From positions 372,001 to 436,000 of IMG/VR virus record IMGVR_UViG_3300046517_002304: a DNA stretch of 64,000 bases, one strand, 5' to 3'. Positions 10,116-21,910 of the stretch are shown here, piece by piece (the first letter of the stretch is position 1; every line of letters begins with the position of its first letter). Below the pieces are notes generated by a model. That model ran no database searches, was not told where the DNA came from, and was given only the letters and a program-made list of their open reading frames with translations. The translations under genes and the position numbers were made by a program.

Positions 10116-10604
10116 TTATCTCAGTAGGAAGTTGCTGACACGGACAAATAACTCATCAAAGCTATTCGCAACCGTCACATCTGGTCGCTCTAATCTCATC
10201 TGATGGAATACATCAAATTTTCTTTTATAATCAGGATGACAACCTACAAATAAATAACGGCTTCTGTCAGTACAGCATTTCCCTAACTCAAATAAGGTAA
10301 TCGGACATAATGTTTCGCCGCAGAACCAAAATAATCTAGCAAAAGAAGTACCGATTCTCTCATACTCCCATTCAATCTGTTTACGCGAAATCTCTGGATC
10401 GTGAATATTCCAATCCGGCCTGCGCGGGTTAATTAAAGATAATTTAAAGTGAGGATTACTCTTATGTTTTTCATCACATGAAGGACTAAGCTTTGAAATG
10501 AATTCGCTTTGCCAATCACCACATCCAGTAATTCCGCCACCTAAGAAAAGGCAACGATGATTCAAGTATTCTTGATCGTTATCGGGTGATGTAAAGACTT
10601 TCAT
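10116..10604 (-). CDS. nucleoside 2-deoxyribosyltransferase-like protein
   Basis: LFLGGGITGCGDWQ, NPRR, QIEWE, FWF..ETLCPITLFELG. Confidence 0.8.
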   Translation of the reverse strand: MKVFTSPDNDQEYLNHRCLFLGGGITGCGDWQSEFISKLSPSCDEKHKSNPHFKLSLINPRRPDWNIHDPEISRKQIEWEYERIGTSFARLFWFCGETLCPITLFELGKCCTDRSRYLFVGCHPDYKRKFDVFHQMRLERPDVTVANSFDELFVRVSNFLLR

Positions 10605-10612
10605 TGCTCACC

Positions 10613-11188
10613 TTATGCTATCAGGGCCTCTTCACATTCGCGGCGGTCATACTCTATACGCTCATATGTCCAGCTACCAAACATCTCTATAATTTCTTCT
10701 CTTCTATTCTTAAACGCAACAAATAAAGAATCGGCCTTATACCAATACTTTAGAGCATAATTTGATGTTTCTTTAACATATCGAAAATCATAGGTGTTCC
10801 GAATACGATCCGCCATTTTAATAACAATCGCCCGGACAGACTTGGTTGCAAAACTAGCGATATATTCTGCTTTTTGTTGTGGAACCGACTTATCACTGCT
10901 CAAATCTGGAATGAATGTAATTTCATTTAAAACTAACATTCCAGTATCCCCTAATATGGTCTTTAATCTAGCCGTATAAATCCCAGGCTTGCTTTCTTCA
11001 ACGTCATGTAGAGGCGATACGCTCAACGTAATTGTATCTGTAACTCCCCACCGGCGAAGCAAAGCTGCGACTTCATAACAATGACTGACATAAGGAATTT
11101 CGCTTCCTGAGCGAAATTCTCCTTCGTGTGCTTCAAAAGCAAGTTTAAATTCTTCTTGTAGCATTATTGTCCTATCCACACCGCACAA
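10613..11188 (-). CDS. HD-domain protein, RelA/SpoT small alarmone hydrolase-like
   Basis: AHEGEFR...PYVSH..EVA, LHDVEE, IKMADRIRN. Confidence 0.8.
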   Translation of the reverse strand: MCGVDRTIMLQEEFKLAFEAHEGEFRSGSEIPYVSHCYEVAALLRRWGVTDTITLSVSPLHDVEESKPGIYTARLKTILGDTGMLVLNEITFIPDLSSDKSVPQQKAEYIASFATKSVRAIVIKMADRIRNTYDFRYVKETSNYALKYWYKADSLFVAFKNRREEIIEMFGSWTYERIEYDRRECEEALIA

Positions 11189-11517
11189 CCAGCATAAATA
11201 TCATCATCTGTTCCAAAAATCTTATCAGGACCAGCCGATATGACTTCGCAATGTCTTAGAGCAGAACCATCAAGTTTAATTTTGAAAAAAGTACCCCAAG
11301 GATCATGCTGTTTTAAATCCATAAGAACGCTTTCATTCTTGCCATTAAATGAAAGAGCGATATACTGAGTTAATTCCTTAGTAGCCTCAATCTGCACCTG
11401 TTCCCGTCTTTGCAACTGGATACTAAGACAAACATAAACGCCGGAAAGACCTGCTGTAATAAAAAATGCTGCACCTAAAAGGACACATAACATTTCATGT
11501 TTACCGAGATTCATCAT
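11164..11517 (-). CDS. membrane-anchored protein with GspG (type II secretion pseudopilin) C-terminal-like motif
   Basis: N-terminal TM helix; DPWG...ISAGPDKIFGTDDDI. Confidence 0.6.
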   Translation of the reverse strand: MMNLGKHEMLCVLLGAAFFITAGLSGVYVCLSIQLQRREQVQIEATKELTQYIALSFNGKNESVLMDLKQHDPWGTFFKIKLDGSALRHCEVISAGPDKIFGTDDDIYAGCAVWIGQ

Positions 11518-11526
11518 TTTACTCCT

Positions 11527-11537
11527 ATGGATAACTA
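11527..11537 (-). repeat. junction motif copy 5
   Basis: Exact; TAG is the stop of 11535..11756; followed by AGGAGTAAA-ATG. Confidence 0.95.
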
Positions 11538-12434
11538 TACTTTGTTCTCAAGCACCATTTTTTTAATTTTAAACCAAAGGCGTCTTGGCCACGACCATTC
11601 ATACTGAAACATATCATGACATTGATAATGAGATTTTTCACCGTTTGCGAATGTAAATACAAACATTGTATCTTTATATCTGATCGTCTTACCACAATAC
11701 TGGCAAACTGCTGCATTATGGTTAGTAACAATAAACTTGACTTTGCCTACTCGCATGGTAATCGCTTATAATGTTGATCTATATTTTTCTAAAAAAGCCT
11801 TACCGAAACATGTCAATCTGTAGGTCTGCACATAGTTAGCAAACTCGCCAACATTCGAATAAATTTTATCCGGAACAACAAGCGGATCAGGATCTGCTGT
11901 AGCCCGCAGATTGGCCTTCGGTCGTAACCCGATGACCCGATGCCTCTTGCCACCACATGTTATGGTCTTTGGACATTTATCATCAGAACGACGAATATAA
12001 AAAAGAACGGCTGGACCCTTTTCAAACTGCTCAAGCGCTTCAATGAGTTTTGGCTTTTTTATCGTTTTCATTTTTGACAAACTCTTCGTTTTTTGCATGT
12101 TGTTTTTTAAAAAACTCTTCGTGCTGCTTAATGAAATCTGGATTCGGCAGAAGTTTCTGAATATCTGTCCATTCTGGAGGAACTCCTTTATCTCGCATAT
12201 AGACCATAGTCCCCCAAGCAGCAGCGTGAATTCTAAGCCAAGTTTCTTCAGAATGCTGGTTCCGGATTGACTCTTTTCTGTTATCTGAAATTCCTAGTTG
12301 TCTTGCAGCTTCATGGCAAAGAATGGTCCACGCTGGATTCTCTAACCTACGAACGAGAAATAAACAAATTCCCGGCTTTTCATCCATTAATTTTAAGAAA
12401 GCTTCTCGTTCGGTATAGTGATTAGGGATGGTCA

Positions 12435-13763
12435 TTATACCGAACCACCATTCTTTTGTCCAGCCAGTTTTTCTTGAAAATCTCTCTTGAGTTGCTTAAA
12501 TTTTTCTGGATTGGTTTCGCCGGAATCTCGCAATTGTTCAGCTAACTTACGGATTGTTATGGCGTCTTGTTTGTTTTTGTAATGGCCAAGATTAATATTG
12601 GTATAATATACTTGAATTCTAGAACGCCATAAACCATTCTTATACTCAGATACTCCGCTAAATCCAGAATTATTATTATAAGGTATATCTTGATCCTTTT
12701 TAAGATTTAAATTAAGACATCCCCAATTCTTGCCATTATAAATATCTCCAATTGTTGTAGGCGAAACATTATATTCAGACGCTATTTCTGCAATCGGCCT
12801 TTTGTTAGTCAAATGTTTGGCAATTTCAAGAACTTGGCTCTCGTTCAACAATGATAATGGATGGGTTTCTCCAAACATTTTAATAGGATGAATATAATGA
12901 CTAATATCTACTTTGTATAATACATCTTGCGTTGGTATAAACTCACGAATCATGTCTAAAAAATAAAGATAAGAAGAAGAGCCAATGCGAATAGCAGGAC
13001 ATTCTTTTGTTTTAAATGCACCTTTTTTATGATAAACATTACAATTTGTAATACCCATCTTTTTTAATTTATTGACAAGTATTTCAACTTCCGTAAAACT
13101 AAAACCATCTGTATGAAGTTTGGCATATCGTTGCTCTGAATTGTTTTCGCCATCATCACAAAACCATACGGCAACAATTCTAGGATTAAGCACTAAATTG
13201 TCGGGAACTATTTTAATTCTTCTCCCAATAGCGTTAAAAACATAGGAGTCATGGCCATCTCTTTGGTACCATGCTCGTTCTATGGCTGAAAATAATGGAT
13301 GATTTATTGTATGTATCGTACACGTTCCATTATCATAAATTGCTCTGCCATTTATGAAATGTGGCTTTGCAGCTAAACTTACCATCGTAAATTTTGATGA
13401 AAATGGCATTAAAGCATCAAATTTCCACTTTAAATAGTGTTGTTGTAGTAATCCATGCCTTTCGCAAAAATGAGAATTACAGCTTGTATGCTGTAACTTA
13501 GCACATGTTCCGTCTCCTAACATAGAGCCAGTAAGAATATCTGCTTGCAATTCTGAAAACTTATTAGGAATATCAACATTCTTCCATCTGGCACACTTAA
13601 GCGGTAATATTACACTATTTTCACTATCTCTAATTTTGTTAATTCTACCTAGTAGGTTAGCAAAAGTAATGCCAAAATAATCGGCAGATTGCTGCCTTGT
13701 ATGATTTAAGTAATAACTTGCAAATATTTCGTCACTGATTTCGGCAGATAATGATTTATCCAT
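12435..13763 (-). CDS. free-standing LAGLIDADG homing endonuclease with C-terminal HTH and AP2-like domains
   Basis: ILTGSMLGDG and VAVWFCDDG motifs; IAEIASEYNVSPTTI HTH; NNSGFSGV...WRSRI...NLGHY AP2 pattern. Confidence 0.85.
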   Translation of the reverse strand: MDKSLSAEISDEIFASYYLNHTRQQSADYFGITFANLLGRINKIRDSENSVILPLKCARWKNVDIPNKFSELQADILTGSMLGDGTCAKLQHTSCNSHFCERHGLLQQHYLKWKFDALMPFSSKFTMVSLAAKPHFINGRAIYDNGTCTIHTINHPLFSAIERAWYQRDGHDSYVFNAIGRRIKIVPDNLVLNPRIVAVWFCDDGENNSEQRYAKLHTDGFSFTEVEILVNKLKKMGITNCNVYHKKGAFKTKECPAIRIGSSSYLYFLDMIREFIPTQDVLYKVDISHYIHPIKMFGETHPLSLLNESQVLEIAKHLTNKRPIAEIASEYNVSPTTIGDIYNGKNWGCLNLNLKKDQDIPYNNNSGFSGVSEYKNGLWRSRIQVYYTNINLGHYKNKQDAITIRKLAEQLRDSGETNPEKFKQLKRDFQEKLAGQKNGGSV

Positions 13764-13777
13764 ATAAAATACACATT

Positions 13778-14242
13778 CTAATTACTCTGTCCATCAATAA
13801 TTTCTTTAATCCTTGGACCGACAAATCCAGGCGGTTTAATCAATTTCCCGTCGCTACGACGAGAACTGCCTTCGCTGAATTTCGATAAATTATTAGAATC
13901 CACTTCGTCAACAATACTCTGATCAGCCAACCCAAAGCTAGATAACATACCTGTATTCACAACCCCGATGTCTGCAAAACCATCGGCCACTTGCTCTATG
14001 TCTGGCTCTGATGCAATCTCAAACCCGAGGTTTTCAATACGCAATTCTACTTTATTACCTCTGTCAAATACGACTACACCAAGACCGCGCCGGACAGTTT
14101 CGAGCAATTCTTCAAGTAATAAATTTGCCCTTAATAAAACTGTTTCAGAATTTGGTATACTAGGACTGAGTGGCACATCCTGTCCAGCTAAAGCCATAAA
14201 CTTTTCTACTTGAACTTGATGATATGATTTAACTCTGCTCAT
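13778..14242 (-). CDS. all-alpha NTP pyrophosphohydrolase (MazG/PRA-PH-like)
   Basis: VEKFM..GQ, LLEELLE, ADGFADI, EVDSNNLSK...RSDGKLIKP. Confidence 0.8.
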   Translation of the reverse strand: MSRVKSYHQVQVEKFMALAGQDVPLSPSIPNSETVLLRANLLLEELLETVRRGLGVVVFDRGNKVELRIENLGFEIASEPDIEQVADGFADIGVVNTGMLSSFGLADQSIVDEVDSNNLSKFSEGSSRRSDGKLIKPPGFVGPRIKEIIDGQSN

Positions 14243-14286
14243 TAAAATAATCTCCTTAAACTATAATAGTATATCGGATAAAATAC

Positions 14287-14724
14287 ATGACATCTTTAAA
14301 CAATATTTCAAATTTAGAATTTATACCAAAAGGATGGGGCAGTGAACAAATAGTCACTAACACAAATCTCTATTGTCAAAAAATATTAACTATTAATCAA
14401 GACAAAAAAATATCAACCCACTTCCATCGATTGAAAACGGAGCATTTTTTATTGGTGTCCGATAGCGAAGTAGAGCTAATAATATATGAAAACGAAGATA
14501 TCGATAAGTATCTTTTAAACTGGGAAACTCTCTATAACGGCCTGCCAAATCTTCCAAGTCAATATGAAAAACCAAAAATTATTACAATGAAACAATGGGA
14601 TAGTATCCTGATACCTATCGGACTAAGACATACGGCAAAATCATTAATTAATAATGCGGTAATTATCGAATGCTCTACATTCCACCAGGACTCAGACTCA
14701 TATCGGATTTTAAAAGGAGATTAG
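14287..14724 (+). CDS. cupin-fold protein (sugar isomerase-like)
   Basis: PKGWGSE, YCQKIL, STHFHRLKTEHF, IPIGLRH, IECSTFHQDSDSYRI. Confidence 0.8.
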   Translation: MTSLNNISNLEFIPKGWGSEQIVTNTNLYCQKILTINQDKKISTHFHRLKTEHFLLVSDSEVELIIYENEDIDKYLLNWETLYNGLPNLPSQYEKPKIITMKQWDSILIPIGLRHTAKSLINNAVIIECSTFHQDSDSYRILKGD

Positions 14725-15026
14725 CTCAATTTAATATGGCCTACACCAGTAATTATTTTGCCAAATTTTTGGCAATACCCATTCTTAAGACTTTCATCTG
14801 GCTCAAAAATCGCTATTACGTGACTTTTACTAATCTTTAACTCAGTTGGATCTTCGCCAGCAAGCAAGCAAACCGGAACAAAGCTGATTCCCATACCCCC
14901 GGGCGCTTCGGCGATCAACGGCCTAATAGGGTTCTTTAAAACCCATGCATTAGAATCCAACAAATCTTCTTCGACATCTGCAAGCCATTCATTACCACTT
15001 ACTAAATGCAGTATCTTCACGCTCAT
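14721..15026 (-). CDS. Sm-like fold protein (T4-like phage type)
   Basis: VKILHLVSGNEWLADV...LKNPI...Y.QKFG pattern. Confidence 0.45.
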   Translation of the reverse strand: MSVKILHLVSGNEWLADVEEDLLDSNAWVLKNPIRPLIAEAPGGMGISFVPVCLLAGEDPTELKISKSHVIAIFEPDESLKNGYCQKFGKIITGVGHIKLS

Positions 15027-15832
15027 ATTATATCTCCTTTTTGTTTAATTTTACAGAACTTCTACTTTAACCCCGATTGCTTCTAGCGCCCCCATCAGAC
15101 GAACCATTATGTCTTTATAATAGTTCCTTCCGGTACCATGTTCATAGTCAATCTCAAAAATAACTTTAAATTTATAATCTTCTTGAGCAATTTCAATGTT
15201 GATCCAATGAAAATAGTCGCCAACACAGAACGATTCGGCCTTTTCTTGTCGGACTCCACCAGGATAGCAAACAGACGTTTCTTCAATCGTTCTGTAAAGA
15301 TCAGTATGCTCAAGCGCAATCTTCATCGCAGCTTGATATGTGTCATCATCGCTACATTTGACAATGTACTCACATTGCTTCATGATCTTTTCCTTAAATT
15401 ACCTTGTTGCCCGTTTGTGGCGGTATCATCACCTGAATTTCTCTATCCAGCTTATCAAATTCATCCATTAATTTATCTTGCTGTATGGCAATATGCCTTA
15501 ACTCTAAAGACTCGTAATCACCCAAAGGGGGCAAGCGCAATCCCCTTCTTCGTAATCGCCACGCTATTTCTGCCGTAATCATTTTTAGCTTCCTTCTACT
15601 TCTTTCCTTGCGTTTTCGTACCCCGTTCTCCATAATACATGCTGCATATTTGTTAACGGAGCGTTCTGAATATTGTTATACGGATGAAATTTATAAGGAT
15701 TATCTTTTAATTCCAACTCATTCCAATACGCTTCAACACCATCTAACGTTTGTTGCTCAACCCATAAATCGTACATTTTCACGGTAGTAAAAACTTGTCC
15801 ATTCATTTCATTATTAACATGAGGCAACATAA

Positions 15833-16372
15833 TTACACCATAGGTATCAAATATGCGGCAGGAACAGCATCCGTAAGCCAAACATTGTTAGTAGATAAAT
15901 AAAACTTAAAACCATCATCAAACATTCGCTCTGCTTGTACTTCAAAGATAAATACAGCGCCGCCGTGTCTTTTGCCTACAGCAGTAGCGGTTTCGATAGT
16001 TTCAGATAAATGAACATATTGTCTTGATTGCTTTAATAATCCAAGTCTAAAAATAGAGCCAACAGATAGATCACTTGTGCCATGATACAAAACTTCCGGC
16101 GGCTGAATAGCAGTTAACTGTAAATCAACAGGCAAAGAATGGCCTTGCCGCGCCCTAATTTTTGTTCTACTTGCATTTAATTCATAGCGATTTTTAGTAT
16201 CCTTCTCAACGATATGCATCAATAAACTTTGAGATATGCTAGTTTTTTTAACTAACTCTTCGACAAACGCCCATCCATTTTCATCTAGTGTAAGGCCAAC
16301 TTTACCTGGATTATGCCTAAGAATAAGGCACAGGTATTTCCCTAAGCTAGTAGATGATAGTCCTGCTGCCAT
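15833..16372 (-). CDS. kptA: RNA 2'-phosphotransferase (Tpt1/KptA)
   Basis: LILRHNP, KNRY, IRARQGHS, LYHGT, RQYVHLS, GKRHG. Confidence 0.92.
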   Translation of the reverse strand: MAAGLSSTSLGKYLCLILRHNPGKVGLTLDENGWAFVEELVKKTSISQSLLMHIVEKDTKNRYELNASRTKIRARQGHSLPVDLQLTAIQPPEVLYHGTSDLSVGSIFRLGLLKQSRQYVHLSETIETATAVGKRHGGAVFIFEVQAERMFDDGFKFYLSTNNVWLTDAVPAAYLIPMV

Positions 16373-16382
16373 TTAACTTCCT

Positions 16383-16877
16383 TTAAATATGATTCAGAAG
16401 AAATCCCGGAACAGCCCCGCGAGTAAGCATAATCTTAGATTCTCCATCCACATCATACTCATTAGCGCAACAATTGCCCAGTTCAGGATAATCGTTGACA
16501 ATTTTCCATATTTTAGTTCCTAAATCGCTCTGCGGAAGCGAAAGATTAATCTTGCAAAGCCTACTGGAAAAATATCCATTACAAACAAAGATATATGGAA
16601 CAATATAATCGCCATCATCATCACTGATAGTTATCGCAGCAAAACGATTGGGTTTATCGTGGCATATCACTTCTTGAACATAATGCAAATATTTTAAAGA
16701 ACCATAAATCAATAATTCATTAACATCGCCATATTCCTCCAAGAACTCAATTTCACTATACTGCGAGTATAGCGGAACTTCGTCAAAGTAATTACGGATG
16801 AAGCGTGTAATCGGCCAATCTAAACCATTGGCGGCTATAACGTCTGTAAATTTATTGCGGCATTCGGGAATCATCAT
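16383..16877 (-). CDS. possible Imm15-like immunity protein
   Basis: FDEVPLYSQYSEIEFL...NELLI...ITI...PYIFV resembles Imm15 from memory; weak. Confidence 0.35.
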   Translation of the reverse strand: MMIPECRNKFTDVIAANGLDWPITRFIRNYFDEVPLYSQYSEIEFLEEYGDVNELLIYGSLKYLHYVQEVICHDKPNRFAAITISDDDGDYIVPYIFVCNGYFSSRLCKINLSLPQSDLGTKIWKIVNDYPELGNCCANEYDVDGESKIMLTRGAVPGFLLNHI

Positions 16878-16879
16878 AA

Positions 16880-17248
16880 TTAACTTCCTTTATATAAAGT
16901 GGCCATGAACTCTTCAAGGCTCATATCACTTTTTGTGTTATTACACTTTTTACAAGCCAGCACAATGTTCTTAACGGCATTAGTCCCGCCCTTGCTTAAC
17001 GGAACAACATGATCTTTTGTAAGTTGATTAATCCCAAATTTTTTCAGGCAGTAATAGCATAACCCATTTTGATTTTTATAAACTCGTCTCTTGAACCGAT
17101 CTGCCTTATGTTTTTGTGCTCTACGCTTTTCTTGATTTTTCTTTTTCTTATCCGCGATCTTCTCAAATAAAGCAGCTATATCATCCATTTCCATTACTGG
17201 ATGATATTCCGAATCATATACTCCTGTATAGATCGGTTCAGGAAGCAT
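16880..17248 (-). CDS. HNH endonuclease
   Basis: CYYC...TKDHVVPLSKGG...NIVLACKKCNNTK. Confidence 0.9.
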   Translation of the reverse strand: MLPEPIYTGVYDSEYHPVMEMDDIAALFEKIADKKKKNQEKRRAQKHKADRFKRRVYKNQNGLCYYCLKKFGINQLTKDHVVPLSKGGTNAVKNIVLACKKCNNTKSDMSLEEFMATLYKGS

Positions 17249-17966
17249 TTCACATTAAGTTAGGTCAATTTGATCGAGGATGTGGGCCGGGAGCCGTAAC
17301 CATTCCTCCAACGAAAAACTAGTTTTCAAATTGTGAACCAGCCGACACTTCCCGCCACGATACCTCAAGCAAAATCCATCGGGAATTTCTTTGAACTTGT
17401 CCAGCCATATTTTTTCCGCAGAATGTTGGTCTGCAATGAACAAGTACGCAATTAAAACAATAGCTGGCCAGAAAACAGATGACAGTATAATAATAGGCAA
17501 TACCATTATCCACCACCCTTTACTCTACGTAAATAAGAAATGAAAACCATTTCCATATATCTCAATAACTTATGCACTTCTTCATTATTAAGATCTGATG
17601 GAAGCCGCAAAGCACCCTCAATAGAATTGCAACTCTTGGTATCGCTAATCATAATAGACGTATACCCTGAGTGCGGGGCTGGCGTACCAATCCGGCAATA
17701 AATGTCGTCAATTTGTTTTTCAATTCTCGTTTGATCATCTAGTGTTTGCATCTACGTCTCCTAAGTAAAATTGTTATTCGGGATAATCCTGTGCCTGTTC
17801 ATCAAGAGACTCTGCATTATAAGTAAGAATCTCTTGAATTTCCGCTCTTAGCTTTTTTGATACCTTCTTAACTGCTCCAATACGGAGCAAATAATCTTCA
17901 AACGCGGAGACAACGATTTTCCCGCCAATAAACTCTGCCAAGTAGTTTACGGTGCTTCTTTTCATT

Positions 17967-18254
17967 TCATTGGTCCTTAACATGTTGGATCAAGCTCTCA
18001 ATGTACTGCAAACCAGATAATTTAACCTCTTTAATGGCATTACTTAATGAGGGTAAATTTGCACCATAAGGAGCATTCTGTATTAGGTTAAAAGTACACA
18101 CGGCCATTATACGAGAATTCGGGGATGGACTATAAAGCTGCATCTCATAAGTAGCAGGAACTGATGTAACAGGACGAACAAAAAGATTCTTTCTTTTATA
18201 ATAATTATCAACTTTATTAAAACCATTTCCTGAAAAAAATTGGTCAATTGTCAT
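17967..18254 (-). CDS. hypothetical protein, 'LxxxGF' paralog family
   Basis: FFSGNGF; KLSGLQYIESLIQHV helix. Confidence 0.6.
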   Translation of the reverse strand: MTIDQFFSGNGFNKVDNYYKRKNLFVRPVTSVPATYEMQLYSPSPNSRIMAVCTFNLIQNAPYGANLPSLSNAIKEVKLSGLQYIESLIQHVKDQ

Positions 18255-18743
18255 GGTCCTAAAATATCCTGTGGTAAATCTACTGAATCTGGAACAAATT
18301 CTCTTGTGTCTTTTTTATGAACTAACCGATAGTATGGACTTGAGAATGGCCAAGAATAAATTCCGCAATACCATTGCTTATACGTAATACGCTCTAGTAA
18401 TAAATGTTCTACGCTGACAAAAGACTTACTCTGCTTAACTCCCCCGCCATCCGCATAGGGAATTTCCATTTCATAAACATCTATTGCTTCATCTTGAAAA
18501 ACTGCCCGGTAATCAATATTCAATGACTGAGTATTTCGAACTTTTGCAATATTAACAACATCAACGTTGCTTATCTCACGCTTACAAGACATCCAACAAC
18601 CAACCCAAATAGAAAAAATAAATGCAACAAATGCAACAGAACCCCACTCATCTATGGGATTTTCTTCTATCGCCAATGCTGCTGAAATGAGGAATAAAAG
18701 CACTATTATGAAAAACAATAGAAAAAGCATCGATGGTTTCCAA

Positions 18744-18754
18744 ATGGATAACTA
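18744..18754 (-). repeat. junction motif copy 6
   Basis: Exact; intergenic, downstream of a sigma70-type promoter, 13 nt before ATG 18730. Confidence 0.95.
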
Positions 18755-18778
18755 GGTTCCTAAAGAATCCGACCGCTG

Positions 18779-18807
18779 ATTATACCATAAATAGAATCAG
18801 CCGTCAA
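18779..18807 (-). promoter_or_regulatory. sigma70-type promoter
   Basis: TTGACG-17 bp-TATAAT with TGn extended -10. Confidence 0.65.
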
Positions 18808-19486
18808 TCAATTTTATTGATAAATCCTCGGAGATATCAAAAACAAACGGCTTATTCATAGGCGTATATCTCTCATTTACAAGAGACGCATTAACGACAA
18901 TGGTTTTGCCGCGCAGCCTAAGTCCCCTTCCAGAGTGGATATGACCGTTCACGGCCACTAATGGCTGTATCTCATCAATTTTTTTCAGCAAAGACTTACT
19001 GCCTACTTGCTCGGGAACCGAACCCTCGTCATGTGCAATAGTCGTATCGCCATAACCGTAAGGAGGGCCATGCGTGACCAGAATATGGCAATCTGGAATC
19101 TGATTATATTTTTTATCTAAATCAGGCTCATCAAGATTAAACGCCCAATCGTAGAATCTTCTCTGCCATGGCGAGAAGTAAAATACGATCCCGTCAATTT
19201 CGCACCAGTTATCAGTGTAAAATTTACACTTAATGTCCGTTGGAACTAGATGAGGCGCAATCTCACCAATGAAGTCGTGATTTCCCCAGCAGGCGACTGC
19301 TCGTTTAACTGGCTGAGCATCCAGCCAATCCCTAAAGTCGCTATTCAGCCACGCCATTTGCTTGTGTATATCATGCATCCCGCGCGGCACTATATCACCT
19401 GCGATTACCAAAACATCGCATTCTGGAATATTAATAAGGTATCCATGAATATCAGATATAAATGCAATTCTAATCATTTTTTCCAT
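18797..19486 (-). CDS. metallophosphoesterase (calcineurin-like)
   Basis: SDIHG, AGDI, GNHD, THGPP, GHIH. Confidence 0.9.
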   Translation of the reverse strand: MEKMIRIAFISDIHGYLINIPECDVLVIAGDIVPRGMHDIHKQMAWLNSDFRDWLDAQPVKRAVACWGNHDFIGEIAPHLVPTDIKCKFYTDNWCEIDGIVFYFSPWQRRFYDWAFNLDEPDLDKKYNQIPDCHILVTHGPPYGYGDTTIAHDEGSVPEQVGSKSLLKKIDEIQPLVAVNGHIHSGRGLRLRGKTIVVNASLVNERYTPMNKPFVFDISEDLSIKLIDG

Positions 19487-21899
19487 TTCTCAATGTACGA
19501 TTCTGCATCTTCCATAGTTTTAAATATATGATCATTTATCAAATCGGCAGATGGAACCACAATACTTATATGCTTCCTCCGTTCACCATAACCGGATACA
19601 TATAGCCTACCAGGCAGTTCAAATATCTGCATATCAGATATAATAAAAGGTCTAGGTTTTATCCTACGTGTAATTTGCCAAACTTTTGATCCTAGCTTAA
19701 TATAATCAGGTAAATGAAGCTGGTTTACTATCTCCTTACAGTACTTGCCGATATCGATATAATCATTAAGAATATCTAAAGCAAATTGCTCTTCATCGAT
19801 ATGAGTACCATTAATCAATTTAAGATCACTCTCAATAGAATTAAAATTATCAAAAATGCTACACCCAGGATCATATCCTATTTCTTGAGCACTCCAACTT
19901 ACTATCTGATGCACTAATGTAACCGCCTTATTCGTCGGATATCTTTTTTGTAAAAAATAACAACCAACAATCAAAGATTCATAATCTCTATCACTGGAAT
20001 AATGTAGTTTATTGTTATTAATATAAAAAGATTGATTTTTCACGTTAAATACTCCTGGTTTAAAATGATCAAAGTGGCTAAATCTATGCTTCCCTTAACC
20101 TCGCATACTTCATGAATTTTATTTAATAAACGCGCATGGCTTGTTAGCGTGCGCCTAAGATATCTTATTTCTATGAGATTGTCAATCTCATTCATAATAC
20201 TTTCTTCTGTTTCACGTATCATCTGTTAATATACCATGTTCGCTTAAAAGCGTAATCAAAAGGCTGGCGGTTATAACGCCATCATTCTGAAGAATATTAA
20301 TCAACTTAGTTATTAACTGAAGATAATTAAGGTGAACTACTTCTGTGATTTCTGCCTCTTCGGTCAATTCATTTATCTGTGTATAGGCCCTTATTAGTCT
20401 ATCATTAAGATAGACTCTATCCTGCCCAATATCATTGAGCCGGGACTTCAGCCTTTTTAAAACAGCCTGATTAGTAGCCGTCATTAGATTCTCTTGAGTT
20501 CTTCCACTATGTTCCATAGCTTGGGGCCATAATTAATAAGTCCCTCCCATTGGCAATATTCTGAAAACATTTTTCTAATATCCATCTGAAGAATATCTTC
20601 ATCAGAATGACTGCGCTCATGTAGAGCGTCTAGGACTTCTTCAGGAATGTCTGAAAGCTTCATGGTTTTATTTTCAGCAACAGGACCAAGGAATGAGATT
20701 AAAAAATACCTTCCTATCGCACATCAAAACATAATGATTAATTCATTCGCCAGTTATATGATCAAAAGTTGTTCTGCCGTCAAAAACTTCAACTAGTGGC
20801 GATCCACAAAGAACGCAAAACTTAGCGCCTTCTTTATGTGGCGAATAATAATGCAGGACTTTTTCAATCTTTTGCATGATTAAAAGTAATCTCGTAGATT
20901 GTCAACAATAGGAAGGTATCCATTAAGTCGCAATAGTTTTTTAACCGCGTTATAAGCATCGTGAACATCTTCATTATCGCTACAGCATCCGCCGCCGGAA
21001 TCACTATGCTGATTCCTTAACTCAAAAGCTTCACATAACGCATCATCCTTGTCCCGCAACGGATTCGCTGAATTGAAGCCGCAAAGGTGGATTGAATCAT
21101 CAACCCCTGGAACTTTCAGAATCACCAACGATGTATCGTAATCACCGCCAGCTTCATCAGAAGTTATTACAAGATGAGGCAGGGCATCCTGCAACCACTT
21201 CTTAATTCCATCTGTGTTCCAATGAACCATATTCTTGTTCCTTAGAGAAGGATGGATTCCACGGCAGAAACCTTGCTTTCCTGCTTCGTCTTTTCGGCCT
21301 TTGCCATGTTCCAAACCTGAAGGATCTGGGAAACGCGATGAGGAGCAAACCCGTAAACTTCAACATGATCCGTCTTGAAGTAGAGAGCTGAGCGAACGAT
21401 GAACTTAGCCATCACTTCTTCCATGGACTGCGGCAGTTCATGCTCCTGATGATGAATATCCAGATCATGATTCAATCGACGACCGCGAGTCTTCAGTCCG
21501 TTTGCACGGCCAGCAGCACGCTTCGCACCTTCAATCGGATCAAACTTATCCATCTTGTACTTGCACTTGGTCCAGCCGATTCGGACCTTATTGTCCCCTT
21601 CGTCACCAATGGCGACCATCGTACCAACTCTGAGAGGCGTGCCGGTGCGCTTCCTCACATGTTCTGCGATTGACTTCATGATTTCTCCTTGTTTGTAGAA
21701 TGCTTGCTGCTAGGTCTTGGTGTCCAAATGTCAATACCTTGTTCATAGCAAAAAACTCGCCACTCTAAAACTTCTGGTGGAACATGATTTATTTCAAAAT
21801 CTTCTAATGTTGTATTTAGCGGGACAACATTAATGCTAATGTTTTCTTCTTGCTCGCACCAAAATAGGTTCTCTTCATCATAAAGGTTCATAAATCTTT

Positions 21900-21910
21900 A
21901 TGGATAACTA
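21900..21910 (-). repeat. junction motif copy 7
   Basis: Exact; 1 nt after the stop of 21912..22388, 8 nt before ATG 21891. Confidence 0.95.

Noticed and set aside
12040-14242. Group I intron or intein around the LAGLIDADG gene
   Set aside because: Flanking genes look complete and unrelated, and the gaps are too short for intron core RNA.
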